From Octopus vulgaris (Eukaryota): 64,000 nucleotides of DNA. The DNA lies in NCBI GenBank assembly GCA_951406725.2, contig OX597823.1, positions 76,694,001-76,758,000 of the forward strand. The letters run 5' to 3'. A model generated the notes under the pieces. The model was given only the letters and a program-made list of their open reading frames with translations. It was not told the DNA's origin and made no database searches. Every line of letters begins with the position of its first letter. Positions within the stretch are counted from its first letter, which is position 1. Of this stretch, positions 1 through 14,579 are shown one piece after another. The position numbers were made by a program, and so were the translations under genes.

Positions 1-35
1 GTTTTTGTTGTTGTTGTTGCTGCTGCTGTTGCTGT

Positions 36-360
36 TCAGCAAAAATGGTCTTCGTCCCAGAGTGGGAGAAGTCCGAAACGTGGTCCTCTGCTATTCGTAA
101 AACTTGCAGAAGAGAAAGCAGGTCAACCCCTGACACCGAGAGCATCGGCTCAGCGGTTGCATAAGAAGTCGGGGATAAGAAACAGGAAGAAAGAGTGGGA
201 GAAAGTTAGGGCGAAAGAGTACAACAGGGGTCGTCACCACCCCCTGCTGGAGCCTCGTGGAGCTTTAGGTGTTTTTGCTCAATAAAAACACACAACGCCC
301 AGTCTGGGAATTGAAACCGCGAGTCTGCTTCCCTAACCACTGGGCCATTGCGCATCCACT
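36..360 (-). mobile_element. tRNA-derived SINE (same family as 20461-20660)
   Basis: Reverse complement starts gtggatgcgcaatggcccagtggttaggg (A-box-like), has a B-box-like ggtttcaattccc, and ends in a (CAG/CAA)n tail; shares body sequence with 20461-20660. Confidence 0.7.
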
Positions 361-509
361 GTTGCTGCTGCTGATGTCCTCCTCCTCCTTCTCCTACTAC
401 TACTACTACTATTACTACTACTACTACTTTAATTGCTCGCTGGTCACCAAAAGCAGAGGCTGTCTTCTCAACCAAACTACTGCTGTAGGTGCTGTTGGAT
501 GATGGGCTC

Positions 510-760
510 TGGTGATGATGTTATTCCACAGTTTCTGTCTCCATAGTACTAACCATAGCATGCTCAAGGTCAAAACACTGCTACTTCAGGTCTTCCTCAA
601 TATGTTTTGCTCATGTCTTCTTATGGACAGTGGACTGGATTCACCAGTTTGTGGGATGCTGCCACCACAGAAGTTGGTGTGGTAGACTTCCAGTGCTCAT
701 TCTTCAGACATGGCCATATCACTGTTGTCTGTGCTGCCAGACTTGGTCTTCAATGGTTAG
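510..760 (-). mobile_element. Decayed RTE-clade LINE, 3' ORF fragment
   Basis: Minus-strand translation YGHV*RMSTGSLPHQLLWWQHP..W......KKT*AKHIEEDL resembles the RTE C-terminus; contains stops. Confidence 0.55.
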
Positions 761-848
761 CCTCTCTGTTAAGTTTATATAATCATAATATATAAAACCA
801 GTCTTCTCCCTTTTTGACTTAGGAACTTTACCCATCTGCATACACACA

Positions 849-886
<38 letters not shown>

Positions 887-1392
887 CACACACACAGGGC
901 AGAAATAAAGGATATTGAAGAGTGTCTTAAGATGTATGGTAATTTACCCCAACATCACACATCATCAGAGAGAGAGAGACGAACAAGATACACAGGGCAC
1001 TTTGGAGAGCAAAGGATCAGATCATCAGCAATGTTCTTTGGTAACTGAAGCATGGGTGCACAAATGTTGGTCGACCACATTGGACCTACATACAACGACT
1101 GTGCAAGGACTCTATGTGCACCTGAGAAGACCTGCCATGTGCAATGGAAGACAGTACAAAGTGAAGGGATCGAGTCATAGCAATCCATGCCAAAAAAGCA
1201 TGACTGGATGATGATGGTGATGATGATGATGATGTCTTAAGATCCTGCAGGAGAGAGACATGTATTAATGGCATATAGGAAAAAGAGGTTGTACCACATT
1301 AGAATCAAGGCATTGGAAAGCATCACAGACAGAATTGTCAGTAGAAGGTCTAAGCAAACATGACTATCAATGTGTTTGAGGTTTCTTTGAAT

Positions 1393-1394
<2 letters not shown>

Positions 1395-1424
<30 letters not shown>

Positions 1425-1730
1425 TATCGTTTAACGTCCGCTTTCCATGCAGGCATGGGTTGGACCATTTGACTGAGGACTGGCGAACCAGATGGCTGCA
1501 CCAGGCTCCAGTCTCGATCTGGCAGAGTTTCTACAGTTGGATGCCCTTCCCAACGCCAACCACTCCAAGAGCGTAGTGGGTGCTTTTACATGCCACCAGC
1601 ACAAGGGCCAGTCAGGTGGTACTGGCAATGCCACGATCAAATGGTGTTTTTTACATGTCACTTGCACAGGAGCCAGTCCAGCGGCACTGGCAACGACCTT
1701 GCTCGAATGTCTTTTCACTTGCCACTGCTG
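1395..1730 (-). mobile_element. RTE LINE 3' UTR-derived repeat with (GAT)n tail (family A)
   Basis: (CAT)n followed by cgtttaacgtccgctttccatgc...ggatgcccttcc...gtagtgggtgctttt; more than 10 copies in the window. Confidence 0.8.
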
Positions 1731-2168
1731 TTAATTTCCAGGAAATGCTCATGGAACACATTTCCCAAATGATAGCCAGTATTGCTCAAGTATATACATA
1801 TATATCAATGCAGAGCTTTCATGTTATACTGTATATTAGATTATAGGAGACATAGTCAAAGTAGCAGAACATATCAACAGAAATCTCAGATCCAAGAGGA
1901 GTAATTGTTTAGCAGATGAAAGAAAATATAAAACAATGAAGTTCAGAATACAAAGACATAACAGAAGTGATGTGTATAGGGAGTGAGGTAACTACTGACT
2001 TGAAGGTTGCAAAGATTTAGGTCCCTTTTGAAGTAGTGTAATTTCAGGAAGGAAGCAGTTGAGAAGGTAGGGTAACAGATAATAAAAGCATCCAAGCAGT
2101 AGTGTAAGAAGTAAGGATGAAGGGTACTTGGACTGCAAAACTTAATTTTTTTTTTTTTTTTTTTACAG

Positions 2169-2242
2169 AGATTGAAAATGGCAGTCTATACATAAATACA
2201 TACACAGTATCTGATAAATTCATCTCTATGAATTCATCACAG
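2169..2242 (+). CDS. Candidate 74-nt internal host exon (EIENGSLYINTYTVSDKFISMNSSQ), gene unidentified
   Basis: Branch-like cttaat, long poly-T and acag acceptor; CAG|gtaaat donor; only one of three frames is open. Confidence 0.35.
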
Positions 2243-2475
2243 GTAAATCACATTGCTGTAAATACCTTACCTGAAGTTTCTTTTACCTGGTAATTTGAAA
2301 GCAAGGTAATTATACTGAGAGCTAATGCCTCATCGATAATTCTATCATATTACTTTAGGTCTACTGAGTAAATACATCATTAAACATCATAGTTTTTTAA
2401 AAAATTTCCTCTTAGTGTAAATATATTTCATTTCATTAACAATGAAAAGAAGCAATAAATGAATATAAAATGTTC

Positions 2476-2521
<46 letters not shown>

Positions 2522-3189
2522 AACAAGCAAATCAAAATTCATTTTAGAAATCAGAACCATATGAAATATTGTGAAAAGCCAAAAAAATGACAATAGTGTA
2601 GCTAATTGTAAAAGAAGCATTGTAAAACGACAGATTATTCGCTATGCCTTTTCAATAATCAAGTATTTCATGATGTTGATATTCGTTGACAATCTTACTG
2701 TTCTTTCTTTATTTATTTATTCATTTTTTTTGTTTTTTGTGATGTGTTAATATCTGTAGAGGCGATATATTGTTCTTATATTACTTCATTTCTTGATTAT
2801 TCTTTAATATTTCTCAAAAAAAAAAATAATAATAATAATAAAAAGAATATGTGCTTTAGGCAAGAATATTTTTCTATTTAAATTTCTTTTTTATTGTTAA
2901 TGAAATGTGTGTATATTTACTTCAAATAAAACTTTAAATGATATTTAACATTATGTTTATTATAATCTTTAATGATTTATTTTATTTAAAGAATATTTAA
3001 CGATACATATACCCTGTAGATAAAAAACATGTGGAGTAGTCTACAAATGATGTATTTGGCAGATAATTAAGATAATTAAAGGGTGGTGTATTTATTCACT
3101 GTCTAAATCATCAATAAACAAACATACATATATACATACACACATATAAACTGATATATGCATGCATGCATAAGGACATACATACAGTT

Positions 3190-4180
3190 TTGATCACAAA
3201 GGAAGGGATTTTGGTCTGGATAAGTGCCACATTTGGTTGTCCAGTGGGGATTACTAACCAGACAATGAATATGGATACCAATGATCTCTCCATCTATTTC
3301 AGTTATCTCTAATGATAGCTGTTAAAATTATCTTGGAATTGAAGAGAATATTGCATCTGTTCACATTGTGGGCAGAGCTAAAGTGACCAGAGATGTTTCA
3401 ACAGACTTTGGGGAAATGTGGAAGGCAGCACTATCAATAAGACCATATCTTACAAAGTTTTCCATGGTATCAGTGCTTATACCAACGTCTGAGAAAATAG
3501 ACAGGATAATTGTAGAGATCTGATATTTGGATATTAAAAGTAGGAAGATTTTTAAAAGTTATTATAAACTTCTACAACAACAGTGATACTGAAATGATTC
3601 ATGAAGGTGGAAGCAGAGGCAAAGGTATAAGATCATTCCAGACAGTCTTTGAGGACTAAACAACACCTACATAACAACAAAGAGGAAAATGATTACATCA
3701 CATGTGTTCTCAACCATGAAAGTTACAGCATCACAAGATCAAGTGAAGAATTACAGAACATGCTATTCTAAGTCAGCAACTGCTCTACTGGAACAAAGAG
3801 TGGTTAGGCTGACCAATTAAAATAGAAACTTAGAGGAGAAACAGAAAAGAAATATGCATTATATCACCAGAAATTCTTGCATGGGTACACATTCCACAAG
3901 CTAGAGAATACTAACAATAGCCTCTCCTGGATGTGTATGGCATACATCATGTCTCATCTAGAAGGGTACACTTTTGCTTATCAAAAATAGTAGGTAGTTA
4001 CTAAACATTTTATAGATAAGAGGGATATGCTATCTCTAAATATCCAAATTGTAATAGGAGATATTGATTGTGCCATATCAGTCTGGAAGATATTAAGTTC
4101 ATCATCAATGGCTGTTTTAAAATGTCTGCTAGATGCTACCATTTTCATTAAGACATAATTTTGTTCACAACATTATCCAG
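3190..4180 (+). mobile_element. Decayed R4/Dong-like (RLE) non-LTR retrotransposon, RT to zinc knuckle
   Basis: Fragmentary motifs FGLDKC, YLGIEEN, DIKSRKI, GIRSFQTVFE, SHLEGYTFA and CHISLEDIKFIINGC..MSAR...RHN; many stops and frameshifts. Confidence 0.65.
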
Positions 4181-4473
4181 AATGTAAAGTGGTTTGCATT
4201 AGGAAGCGCATCAAGTCACTGGACCCAATACAAAACAGGTATCAGAGCATTTGGACTCATTGGATCTTGTCAATCCATTCAACTCATGCCAGCTTAAAAG
4301 ATGAAGACGACAATGATGATGATGATGATGAGGATAATCATGGTGATGCTGATACCACCACTGCTGATTCCAGTGAGGTCACCAATGTCACCCTCACAAA
4401 TGATGACAGAGTTCTATTCATCAATTATTCATCAGTCAACAGAAGCCAAAAAAAGAAAAATTAAAATTATAAT

Positions 4474-4876
4474 GGCGTAGAAGTGGCTGTGTGATAAGTA
4501 GCTTGCTTACCAACCACATGGTTCTGGGTTCAGTCCCACTGTGTGGCACCTTGGGCAAGTGTCTTCTACTAGATCCTCCGGCTGACCAAAGCCTTTTGAA
4601 TGGATTTGGTAGACAGAAACTGAAAGAAGCCCGTCATATATATGCATATATATGTGTGTGTGTGTGTACATGTGTGTATATGTCTATGTTTGTTCCTCCA
4701 ACATTGCTTGACAACCGATGCTGGTGTGTTTATGTCCCTGTAACTTAGCAGTTCAGCAAAAGAGACCGATAGAATAAGTACTAGGCTTACAAAGAATAAG
4801 TCCTGGGATCGATTTACTCAACTAAAGGCAGTGCTCCAGCATAGCCACAGTCAAATGACTTAAACAAGTAAAAGAG
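4474..4876 (+). mobile_element. tRNA-derived SINE family B, full length
   Basis: A-box tggctgtgtgat, B-box gggttcagtcc, cttgggcaag core, internal (TA/TG)n, 3' end aaacaagtaaaagag; about 7 copies in the window. Confidence 0.85.
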
Positions 4877-5405
4877 AGAGATTTTAAGCCAGTATTAATT
4901 TCTTTGGATGCAAGTTAAAACCCTGCCTCAAAATGAAGTAATGATATGAAGTCATATTATTCAGGTAGACGATGTACATACTTGAATGCATCATTCTTTT
5001 GTCTATTCCTGATTCATTCAATCACCAATCACTCATGATACCAACATCTATTATATATTTTGTTGCTAAATGCATAGCAGTTTCTTTCAGTAGTGACTGA
5101 CAAATTGAATAATCTCTGAAATATATTGATATCCTATGAAGTAACCAGCAAATATTCTATGTTTTCTGTATGTTATAGTGTTGAGATCCATTCTTCCCAT
5201 TTGTTTAATTTTCCATTGACATAAAGTCATAGCACCATCTACCTGCTGAGTCATTGTGCACTCTTGGTGATTAAATGTCTCTTAGTTGAACTGCAATTGT
5301 ATTGCCAATGTTTATGCATAATATACTCTTCTATATGTGAGTGCATTAAAGACTGCATATATACATGTGTGTATACATATATATATCCATACATACATAT
5401 TATAT

Positions 5406-5474
<69 letters not shown>

Positions 5475-5498
5475 AATACACACACACATATATATATG

Positions 5499-5567
<69 letters not shown>

Positions 5568-6160
5568 ATATATGTATACACATGTGTGTGCATATATGAA
5601 TGTATTAATGTGTGTTCGTGCATTTATGCATACTTCACATGCTTAAGGAGAGAGGAACCTGACAAAGAGGTGGGGTATGTGCAATTGCAAGTGGTAATTT
5701 GAAACTGCTGTAATTAACTTAAACTACTTTTAAAATCAGTGAACATTAGGTGATAACTATTGAGAATTTCTTTCCTTCTGATTCTAGTCTATTGTAGTAT
5801 TTTCATTGTTCGTTTGCCATTAAATGCATCTCCGACTGTCTGGTACATTGATCAATGCAATAATAGACATGTCAAGTAGAAGCCAATGAGACAATACTCA
5901 TATTATATACAGTTAATGTAGTCATCAATTATGGTATTCAGAGAAATTCATTGAGACACTTGTGGGCTTCCATAGGTTAAATCAGGAATTGCAATGCTCT
6001 GCTTCCATATCAATGGGTCTGTTAGAACTAGAGTAAAATCTAATGCGTGCAGTATCCCAGAATTTGGATTGTCAAGCTGGTGGACACTAAGCATGTTTTA
6101 AAACCTGCCTAGGTAACATCTCCAGTGTATGAAACTATTAGTAACTCATAACTGTATACT

Positions 6161-6507
6161 CATCATCATCATCATCATTAACGTCCACCTTCCATGCTTG
6201 CATGGGTTGGACGATTTTGACTGAGGGCTGGCAAACCAGACGGCTGCACCAGGCTCCAATCTTGATCTGGCAATGTTTCTACAGCTGGATGCCCTTCCTA
6301 ACACCAACCACTCCGAGAGTGTAGTGGGTGCTTTTTACGTGCCACCAGCACGGGGCCAGCCAGGGAGTACTGGCAATGACCTCGCTTGAATCTTTTTACA
6401 CATGCCACCAGTACAGGTGCCAGTAAGGTGACATTGGTAATGATCACGCTCGGGTGGTGCCCTTTTACGTGCCACTGGCACAGAGACAGTTGGCTGCTCT
6501 GGCAACA
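6161..6507 (-). mobile_element. RTE 3' UTR repeat (family A)
   Basis: (CAT)n plus the conserved ctggatgcccttcctaac block. Confidence 0.8.
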
Positions 6508-7220
6508 TTAAACAATAGTTCTCTCTCATTGAATGAAGTAATTTTTTGTTGATCATACCTTAACAGAAAAGTAAATTATACATACATGTATGTATAATTT
6601 TAGTTATGCATGCATGACTGTTTTTATGTAAAGATATTGAAGAATTATAATATTTATAATATTCTCTCCATGCCAGCAAAAAAAAAAGACCTTTTGATCT
6701 CTCTTTATGTCATAATTGTTCAAGAACTGATTTTTAATCAGGTTTAAAACCTGGTAGAACATTGACATTGAAAATGCATCACTGGAAACTCAAGAGGTTC
6801 AGTTACACCATACTAATAAAAAAGTAAGGTTGTATCATATGTTGTGAAAATGTACATATAGAATTTTAATTGGATAATGCGTGTCAAAAAAGTTAAAACA
6901 TTTGCATTCTTTGTAAAGTCAATTTGCTTGTAAACAGATGAATGGGCAGCTGAAAAATGAGGAAGTAGGTAATGTTGATGCTATTAAACTGGGAGTTCTT
7001 CTGTCAAGGCTGGAAGACAGCTAATATATCGTATATAAAGAAAATAGAGCAAAATAATATATATATCAACAATGGCTGCCAAATGAAAATTTCAAACTGT
7101 GAAAAAGATGACATCCTTTGCTTTTATTGTATGGCCCAATAACAGATTGTTTACTTGTGCCTGGTTTAACTAACACACATGGCGTAAGATTACAACTCCA
7201 CTCTCATTCACACATATATA

Positions 7221-7386
7221 TATACGACGGGCTTCTTTCAATTTCTGTCTACCAAATCCATTCACAAGGCTTTGGTCACCCTGAGGCTCTAGTAGAAGAT
7301 ACTTGCCCAAAGTGCCACGCAGTGGGATTGAACCTGGAACCATGTGGTTCGTGAGCAAGCTACTTATCACACAACAACTCCTACAC

Positions 7387-7389
<3 letters not shown>
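7221..7389 (-). mobile_element. SINE family B, 5' half
   Basis: Reverse complement of the 4474-4640 sequence. Confidence 0.8.
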
Positions 7390-7453
<64 letters not shown>

Positions 7454-10016
7454 TGCAGTTAAAGATATGTCTGGTAATAGAGTGACCAATGGTTTTGCAT
7501 CCTTAAAACACTAAGCTTTATGGACGTGTCATATATATTTAACTGCATATAAAAAATACATTACTTCTCTCTTCTTTAGGGTATGCTTCTTTTTCGCATA
7601 TATGATCCACTGACAATACATACACACACACACACACACACATATATATTCCCACACATGTATACTACCTCAAAGTTTAGCTATGCAACATACATTGATT
7701 GGATCAAAAATTACTTTGGTTTTCAACTCTTATATAAATTATCAACGGTTTATATGAAGAAAGAGCAATGATGCTGCAAAGTTGGTGTGGTTTATTAGTA
7801 AATTTTTGTTGTATGTAAAAATGTATTACTATGGGTGGTTTAATGGACTGTTAAGGGTGTGTGGAAAAAAAAAGACATTTGCAAGGAAAAAGAGAGAGTA
7901 GTAGACTATAAAAGGGGAGAGGAATATGTGGGCGGAAAGTAAATGTTGATAAGGTGAGGTTAAAGGGAAAATTATGGTAAGGACATTTTCTCTGGTTTGA
8001 TAGTAAAAGTTAGGTTGTAACTTTTTGAGCGCCTAAAGCAATTATTGATCATTTACATGTTGTTGGTAGGGATCATTCAAGTTCCTGAGTAAATAGAGTT
8101 GCTAAAAGGTAGATTTGTATCGGAAAATTTGTCACTCTGAGTAGTTTGTGTGAGAAATTTTACTTCTGCAACATTAGTATTTTCTGTTATGTTGGTTATA
8201 TATAGAAATTTATGGTTTGTTGTTTTTAGCTGCTGTTAAGGTTAATATAAGGATGTATATAATTTTAGATAGAATGGATTCGATGTGTGTAGAAGAGCAG
8301 GTCAGAGAGAAGTTAAATTCAGAATTTTATGCTAAAGGCTGGCTTTTAAGCATATCTTCAACTAAGTAAGAAATGTGTATTTTCCTGCCTTTGTAGATAA
8401 ATATAGGTGTTGTAATTTTTTTTTATTTATATGCATGAACATGTATGATTTGTGTTTATATATGTATATATGCATCTGTTTCTATTTGTGCATTTACAAC
8501 TTTATGCATATATTGGAGTCACCATGCCTACATAGAAGTATTTTATTTTTGTGCATGGTACCTTAAGTTCCACATGAATGTTATATATAAGCATGCATAT
8601 ATATTTGCATATGTGCATACATGCATAAATCTGCATTATACAGATTTGTGTGTACGCAAGAGTATTTTCTGTTTGTTTGTTTTTATTTATATTTAGTTAT
8701 GTGTAATGTATGTTTCTCTATGCATCGATATATTAAAAATAATAGGTAGGAATAAACACTTCTTTATGTTCTATGTATGTTATTATATGTGTATGCAGTT
8801 GTGTGTATATGGGTATATATACATGTGTGAGTATAAATATATATATGAGTATACATATATATTGTTACCTATCTATGGACAAATATAGATATGCATGCAT
8901 ATGTGTATATATATATATTAAATATATATATATCTACATACATATATAATATATATTATATATATAATATATATATATATGTATATATGTATATATGTAT
9001 ATATGTATATATACACACACACACACACATACACATACATATTTTTTAACACAATATATCTGTATACGTATATATGTACATAGATGTTAGCACAACTGAG
9101 AGCATGCATGTCTGTATTTGTAAATGTATGTTTGTGTATTTACATGTATGTGTGTGTTATATGCATATAGATTTATATGTATGTGTATATATGTGTATGT
9201 GCATGTATGTGTGCTTTTATGTTTCCATATATATATATTTACAAGCATATTCATATGTGCATATGTATATATATATATGTGTGTGTGTGTGAGTTAATAT
9301 ATATTTGTTCTTGTAGATACCTATATGTGTTCATCTTTCAATATTCATGATCAATACGATTTCGTATATTTGTATAAGTATACACATATTTGTCCATAGA
9401 TGAGTGTATGAACATATATTAGTAGATGCATGTGTATATGTGTGCCTGTACGTATAAATATATCTATATATGTGAAAATATTTATTTGTTGAGACTTATA
9501 TGTATGAGCATGTTTACACATACTAACCCATTAATTTTTAGATTGTGTATAAAATCTGTATCTACACAAATGTATATATTTATCCATCAGTTATCGATGC
9601 AAAATTTATGTTAACATTAAAATCTATATTGATATCAAGTGATAACACCTGTATCTATCATTAAAGCTTCTATTTAAAAAAATATTCTTACTCAGGGGAA
9701 GATGTGCTTAAATACAACCCCTAAGCATAAACCACTGAATTTAATCCACCTTTGACCTGTGATCCTATACAAGTCTAACAGGTCACACCTGAATGTACAT
9801 GCTTGAATGATTCTTTTCCAAAACTAAATATAGCCAACATTGTAGAAATCACCTGATGAGATTCAACGGAGCATCCAACCAAAATCCACTGGATGTAACC
9901 TTTCTTTGACCTAACTATAACCTGTTCTATTTAAATCTAATTTTCAAATCATGCCCAATAACCAACAATTGAGCATTTGCTTTTCACCTTATTATTTTAC
10001 TACTTCTAGCCATATA

Positions 10017-10584
10017 TTGGGTTGTCCGGAAATCTTGTGCCGATTTTTAAAGGAAAGAAAACGGTCAATAAATACTTGCCATTACATTTTTAATCAACCA
10101 AATATGAGCCATTCTGTTGCACAATGCGTCTCCATCTTTCCTTTAACTTGAAAATACCCTCTTCACAGAACTGAGGTGGTTTCATGGCAAAGAATTCATC
10201 AAGGTATCTTTTTATGTCATCCAAGGAATTGAAATTTTTACCATTAAGACTATTCTGCAGAGACCTGAATAAGTGGAAATCTGAAGAAGTAATATCTGGT
10301 GAGCATGGAGGGTGGGGGTAACACATCCCAGCCAAGCTGCAGCAATTTTTGTCTGGTTCCCAAAGGATCAAGTGCCGAAAATGAACTTTCTTATCTTCCA
10401 TTTTAAAGGGTTACAGAATTAACACAGGTTATAGGAACATAAACCTTCTTCTATGAAAGGGATAGCTTAAACTGTACTTTAAATGGAGGTGTAGTCAAAT
10501 CTTATTTTATGGACTCAACCATGTTCTAAAATAAGTCGAAAGGTAAGCTACTGTAAATTGGCACCAACTTTCTGGACAACCTAA
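10017..10584 (-). mobile_element. Internally deleted mariner (DD34D-type) transposon
   Basis: TIRs ttgggttgtccggaaa...tttctggacaacctaa after a TA; transposase C-terminus HPPCSPDITSSDFHLFRSLQNSL...RWRRIVQQNGSY. Confidence 0.85.
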
Positions 10585-10789
10585 ATACATCATTTGCACA
10601 TATTAAACATCACATACCTTACTCGCAAATTTCGAATTCACTCCTGCATGCTCCCTTTCATGATTTCACCCTTGCCCACTTACATATCCATAAATACATA
10701 GATGATGGGGTTTTTTCCTTGAAACTAAAGAACATAATTTCTGAGGGATGTAAATTTGGAAGGACAAAACCCAACTTTTCCATATCAGT

Positions 10790-11002
10790 TTCAAATTTTG
10801 GCACAAGACCAGCAGGTTTGGGTGAGGAGCTAAGTTGATTACATCAACCTTAGTGTTCAACTTATTTTATTGACCCCAAAAAGATGAAAGGTAAAATTGA
10901 TCCCAATAAAATCTGGACTCAGAATATAAAGATGGAAGAAATTCCGCTAAGCATTTCTTTATTCTTCACCTGGCAGGTTGATGATTCTGATAACTTGCCA
11001 CC
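10790..11002 (-). mobile_element. Decayed Nin-domain-like SINE (family C)
   Basis: attgaccccaaaaagatgaaaggtaaa is the reverse complement of the gcctttcatcctttcggggtcgat core. Confidence 0.6.
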
Positions 11003-12077
11003 ATTCAACTTTTTCCATATTGCTAATATTGTTCAATTTTTTTTCTTTTCTTCTGTCATTCTGCTTTTCTTCTCGTTTTTTTTTTTTTTTTTTTTGTCAC
11101 TGATAATGAATCTGTGTTAATCTACTGGATATCATCTTTTCAAATTTGCAATACAAAAAAGGCTGATTAGTCATATGTATGCCTTGCACACTATGGTTAA
11201 CCGTAGCTGAAAAAGGCAAAACACTTTTAGCTGGAAGGTTATGTCTCTGGCCTTCTTAATACAAATTCTTGCTTCTCATGAGTTGCATATGAAATGATAG
11301 AAATAATACCAAAAATGAGTTTTCAATTCACAGCAACACTTTATTCTTCCACTAAATGAATTATACAGTGAACCAGGTTAATACACCAGGAAGAATGTGG
11401 GCTGTAGAAATTCATTCATAGTTGGCTTCTCAACTCAATCAAACTTGGTTACATGTATTTCAAGAGGAACAAAAATAATGTGACACAGCTTCCTCAAAAC
11501 AAACTCCCACTTCTGCTAAAAGGAAAAACTTCTTGTTATTCACTAACAAAAAATGGCTCAGATGAACATTTAGAATTTGCTGTGTTTGGTGGTCTATTGT
11601 GCTAGACAATTTAATACGTACACCATATTTTGCATAAAACTAGACCAATCCAAATGTGCATGTGTGTATATGTGTATATGCACGTCTATGTGTGTGTATA
11701 TATAAGGAACATTACATCAGTGACCAATTATTTGACACTTACCCATGAATACCCTTTCAGAGTAGTTAAGTCTAAACATGCAATTATGAATTTAGTTTTG
11801 CTCCACACTCAATAAAAAAAATTCCATGATATTACAAGGGATGCTTCATCTGTGGAAGAGAGTGAAAAGCCATATTTGTGCTGCTCATGTTAGGGAGAAA
11901 AATCAAGTGATGCCATTGCTTGAAATCAAGTCGAAGCTATCACATATAAATTCATACACACATACATGTATACATGAACATACATACATATGTACAAACA
12001 TGTCCCTACAAATGCAAATATATGTACTCATACAGGTGTTAACAAATATTCAAAGATAAATGCAAACACAGATAAAT

Positions 12078-12497
12078 CATCATCGTCATTATTGTTTAAT
12101 GTCTGTTTTCCATGTTAGCATGGTTCAACCGGGGTCTGGGTAGCCAGGAGGCTGCAGCAGGCTCCAATCTGATCTGGCAGTGTTTCTACAGCTGGATGCC
12201 CTTCCTAACACCAACCACTCCGTGAGTGTAGTGGGTGCTTTTTATGTGGCACTGGCACAGGGGCCAGAGAAGGCTGGCAAACAGCCACGATCGGTTGGTG
12301 CTTTTTATGTGTCACCAACACGGATGCCAGTCAGGCAGCACTGGCATCGACCACGTTCGGATGGTGCTTCTTACATGCTAACGGCACGGGTATCACAACT
12401 ACAATTTCCATTTGATTTTTATTTTGATGTTGATGTTGATGTACCTGACTCAATAGGTCTCCTCAAGCACAGAAGGTCACCCTACGATCCAAGGTTA
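12078..12497 (-). mobile_element. RTE 3' UTR repeat (family A)
   Basis: Same conserved blocks as the other family A copies. Confidence 0.8.
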
Positions 12498-13519
12498 GAA
12501 ATATATAAAATATACACAAGCAAATACAGATATATAAAATTAGAAGAAGCAACGAAAATAACTCAAAAGGACCAATGGCATGACTTTGAATAATTAAGTT
12601 AAGAAGTGCATCTTGAATAATATACCTTGTAAGATTATCAATTTCTTGAAATCACTTTTTATTAAAGACAGAAACATATTTGACTTTGTTTCAGTTCTAA
12701 TTTGGCAAATTAAGCTGTCGATAAAATTATATGCAAATTAATTTTTTGAAATGCAAAAATAGAAAATATTCACCAAGAAAGATAGAACTAGATTATACTG
12801 ACAAGCATATAAATTAAATGAAAATGCATGTCCATAGGACTATCTAGCCTGTAAACAAAAGTCAGATAGTTCTCTCTCTCTCTTCATCAAAATTAACTCA
12901 CAAATTTAAAACAAATTTCTTGAAATTATCTCCCCTTGTCCTTGAGAGTCGCTTGCATGAGCCATTAGGTTTATGTTTCTGTTTTGAAACCAGACCCAAA
13001 TCAAATTAAACTAGAAATGTATTGGATATTTCGTTCAGTACACCAAATTTGGTAAAGCAAGTTACTCATTGAATTAACATGTGATGCAGCTTAGTATTTG
13101 ACAGAATGTATCCTGAATGTGATTCTGAAGTGGAATCACTGTGAGAAGGCTTCATTTTATAGGTACAATCCATGCAACAGCTTATTGAGAGTGTTCTGTC
13201 TACATAATTTTACTCACAAATCTTGAGCTAATCTGAGGCTTTAGAAAATGAAAATGCTTGTAATAGATGTCATGCTGGGATCAACCATGGAAGCCCAATG
13301 TTGTGAAACCAAATTTTTAATCATTCAGCTTCCCCTCTCTCCTCCTCTCTCTCTTTCTGTCTCACTTCCCTTCTCTCTCCCTGTATATATAGGTTAGGTC
13401 AAGTGTGGAGGCATGTGCCATTGCAATGCATTGCTGCATTCACTATTTGTTCCCAGGTCTTCTAGAACTATCTGATGTGGCATACCAGCAGTTCTGTTTT
13501 TCCAGTGTGCCAGGAACCT

Positions 13520-13888
13520 ACTCTTTTATACTCTTTTACTCTTTTACTTGGTTCAGTCATTTGACTGTGACCATGCTGGAGCACCGTCTTTAGTCGAACA
13601 AATCGACCCCAGGACTTATTCTATTGGTTTCTTTTGCCGAACCACTAAGTTATGGGGATATAAACACACTACTATCGGTTGTCAAGCAATGTTGAGGGGA
13701 CAAACGCAGACACATAAAGATATACGACGGGTTTCTATCAGCTTCCATCTACCAAATCCACTCACAAGGCTTTGGTCAGCCTGAGGCTATAGTAGAAGAC
13801 ACTTGCCCAAGGTGCCACACAGTGGGAATGAACCCGGAACCATCTTGCTGGTAAGCAAACTACTTACCACACAGCCACTCCTGCGCCT
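13520..13888 (-). mobile_element. SINE family B, full length
   Basis: Reverse-complement match to 4474-4876. Confidence 0.85.
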
Positions 13889-14109
13889 ACATAATATTTC
13901 TTTATAATATTAATTTATACCGGAAACAATATATATTATGAATATAATACAAGTCGACAATTTTTTTATCATATATTAATTTTGTAAACAAATAATACAA
14001 TATTACATAAGCATTTTATAATCATTTTATAATGTTTCTTTCTTTTCTGAAAACTTGGCGCATACCAACAGCTAGTGGCTCATGGACAACCACTTTGAGC
14101 TGCACTGCT

Positions 14110-14380
14110 CTAGGGCAATCTGTCAAACAGAGTCCTGGTCAGTCCCCAACTCTGTGAGATACCTTCTTATCTGCCATGACCGTGAGGCATGTGGTTGACC
14201 AACACAAGCCGTCAACTCAGCCAAGTCCTCAATGAAGAGTACATGGTAAGCAGGGTCTAACTCGGAAAATCGAACAACGTGATCAGTTTGAGCTGGAACT
14301 CCTGAATCATACAAGAAGCCAGACACATTCTTGTTTCTGATTTGAGACATTAGCTGGATATGAAATCTGAGCAATAGTAA
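14110..14380 (-). mobile_element. Decayed RTE/RTEX-like LINE C-terminal fragment
   Basis: HVVRFSELDPAYHVLFIED...GQPHASRSWQIRRYLTELG resembles the GHVARF..DPA..L...GRPRASW..QI..YL.ELG signature. Confidence 0.65.
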
Positions 14381-14398
14381 CCTGTGTGTGTGTGTGTA

Positions 14399-14457
<59 letters not shown>

Positions 14458-14579
14458 CTGCATGTTTGCGTAATAACAATAATTCTAGGATGGAATTCAT
14501 AAACGTTTTATACATCACTATGCGCATTTTCACAAATCACATGACTTTAACACCAAAGACTGTATCCTTGAGATGAATA

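Noticed and set aside
9850-9900. CTGATGA hammerhead candidate
   Set aside because: No GAAA after a plausible stem II and no stem I partner
14123-14382. Apparent host terminal exon on the minus strand
   Set aside because: The peptide resembles the RTE/RTEX LINE C-terminus, and the acceptor is only the end of a (CA)n tract
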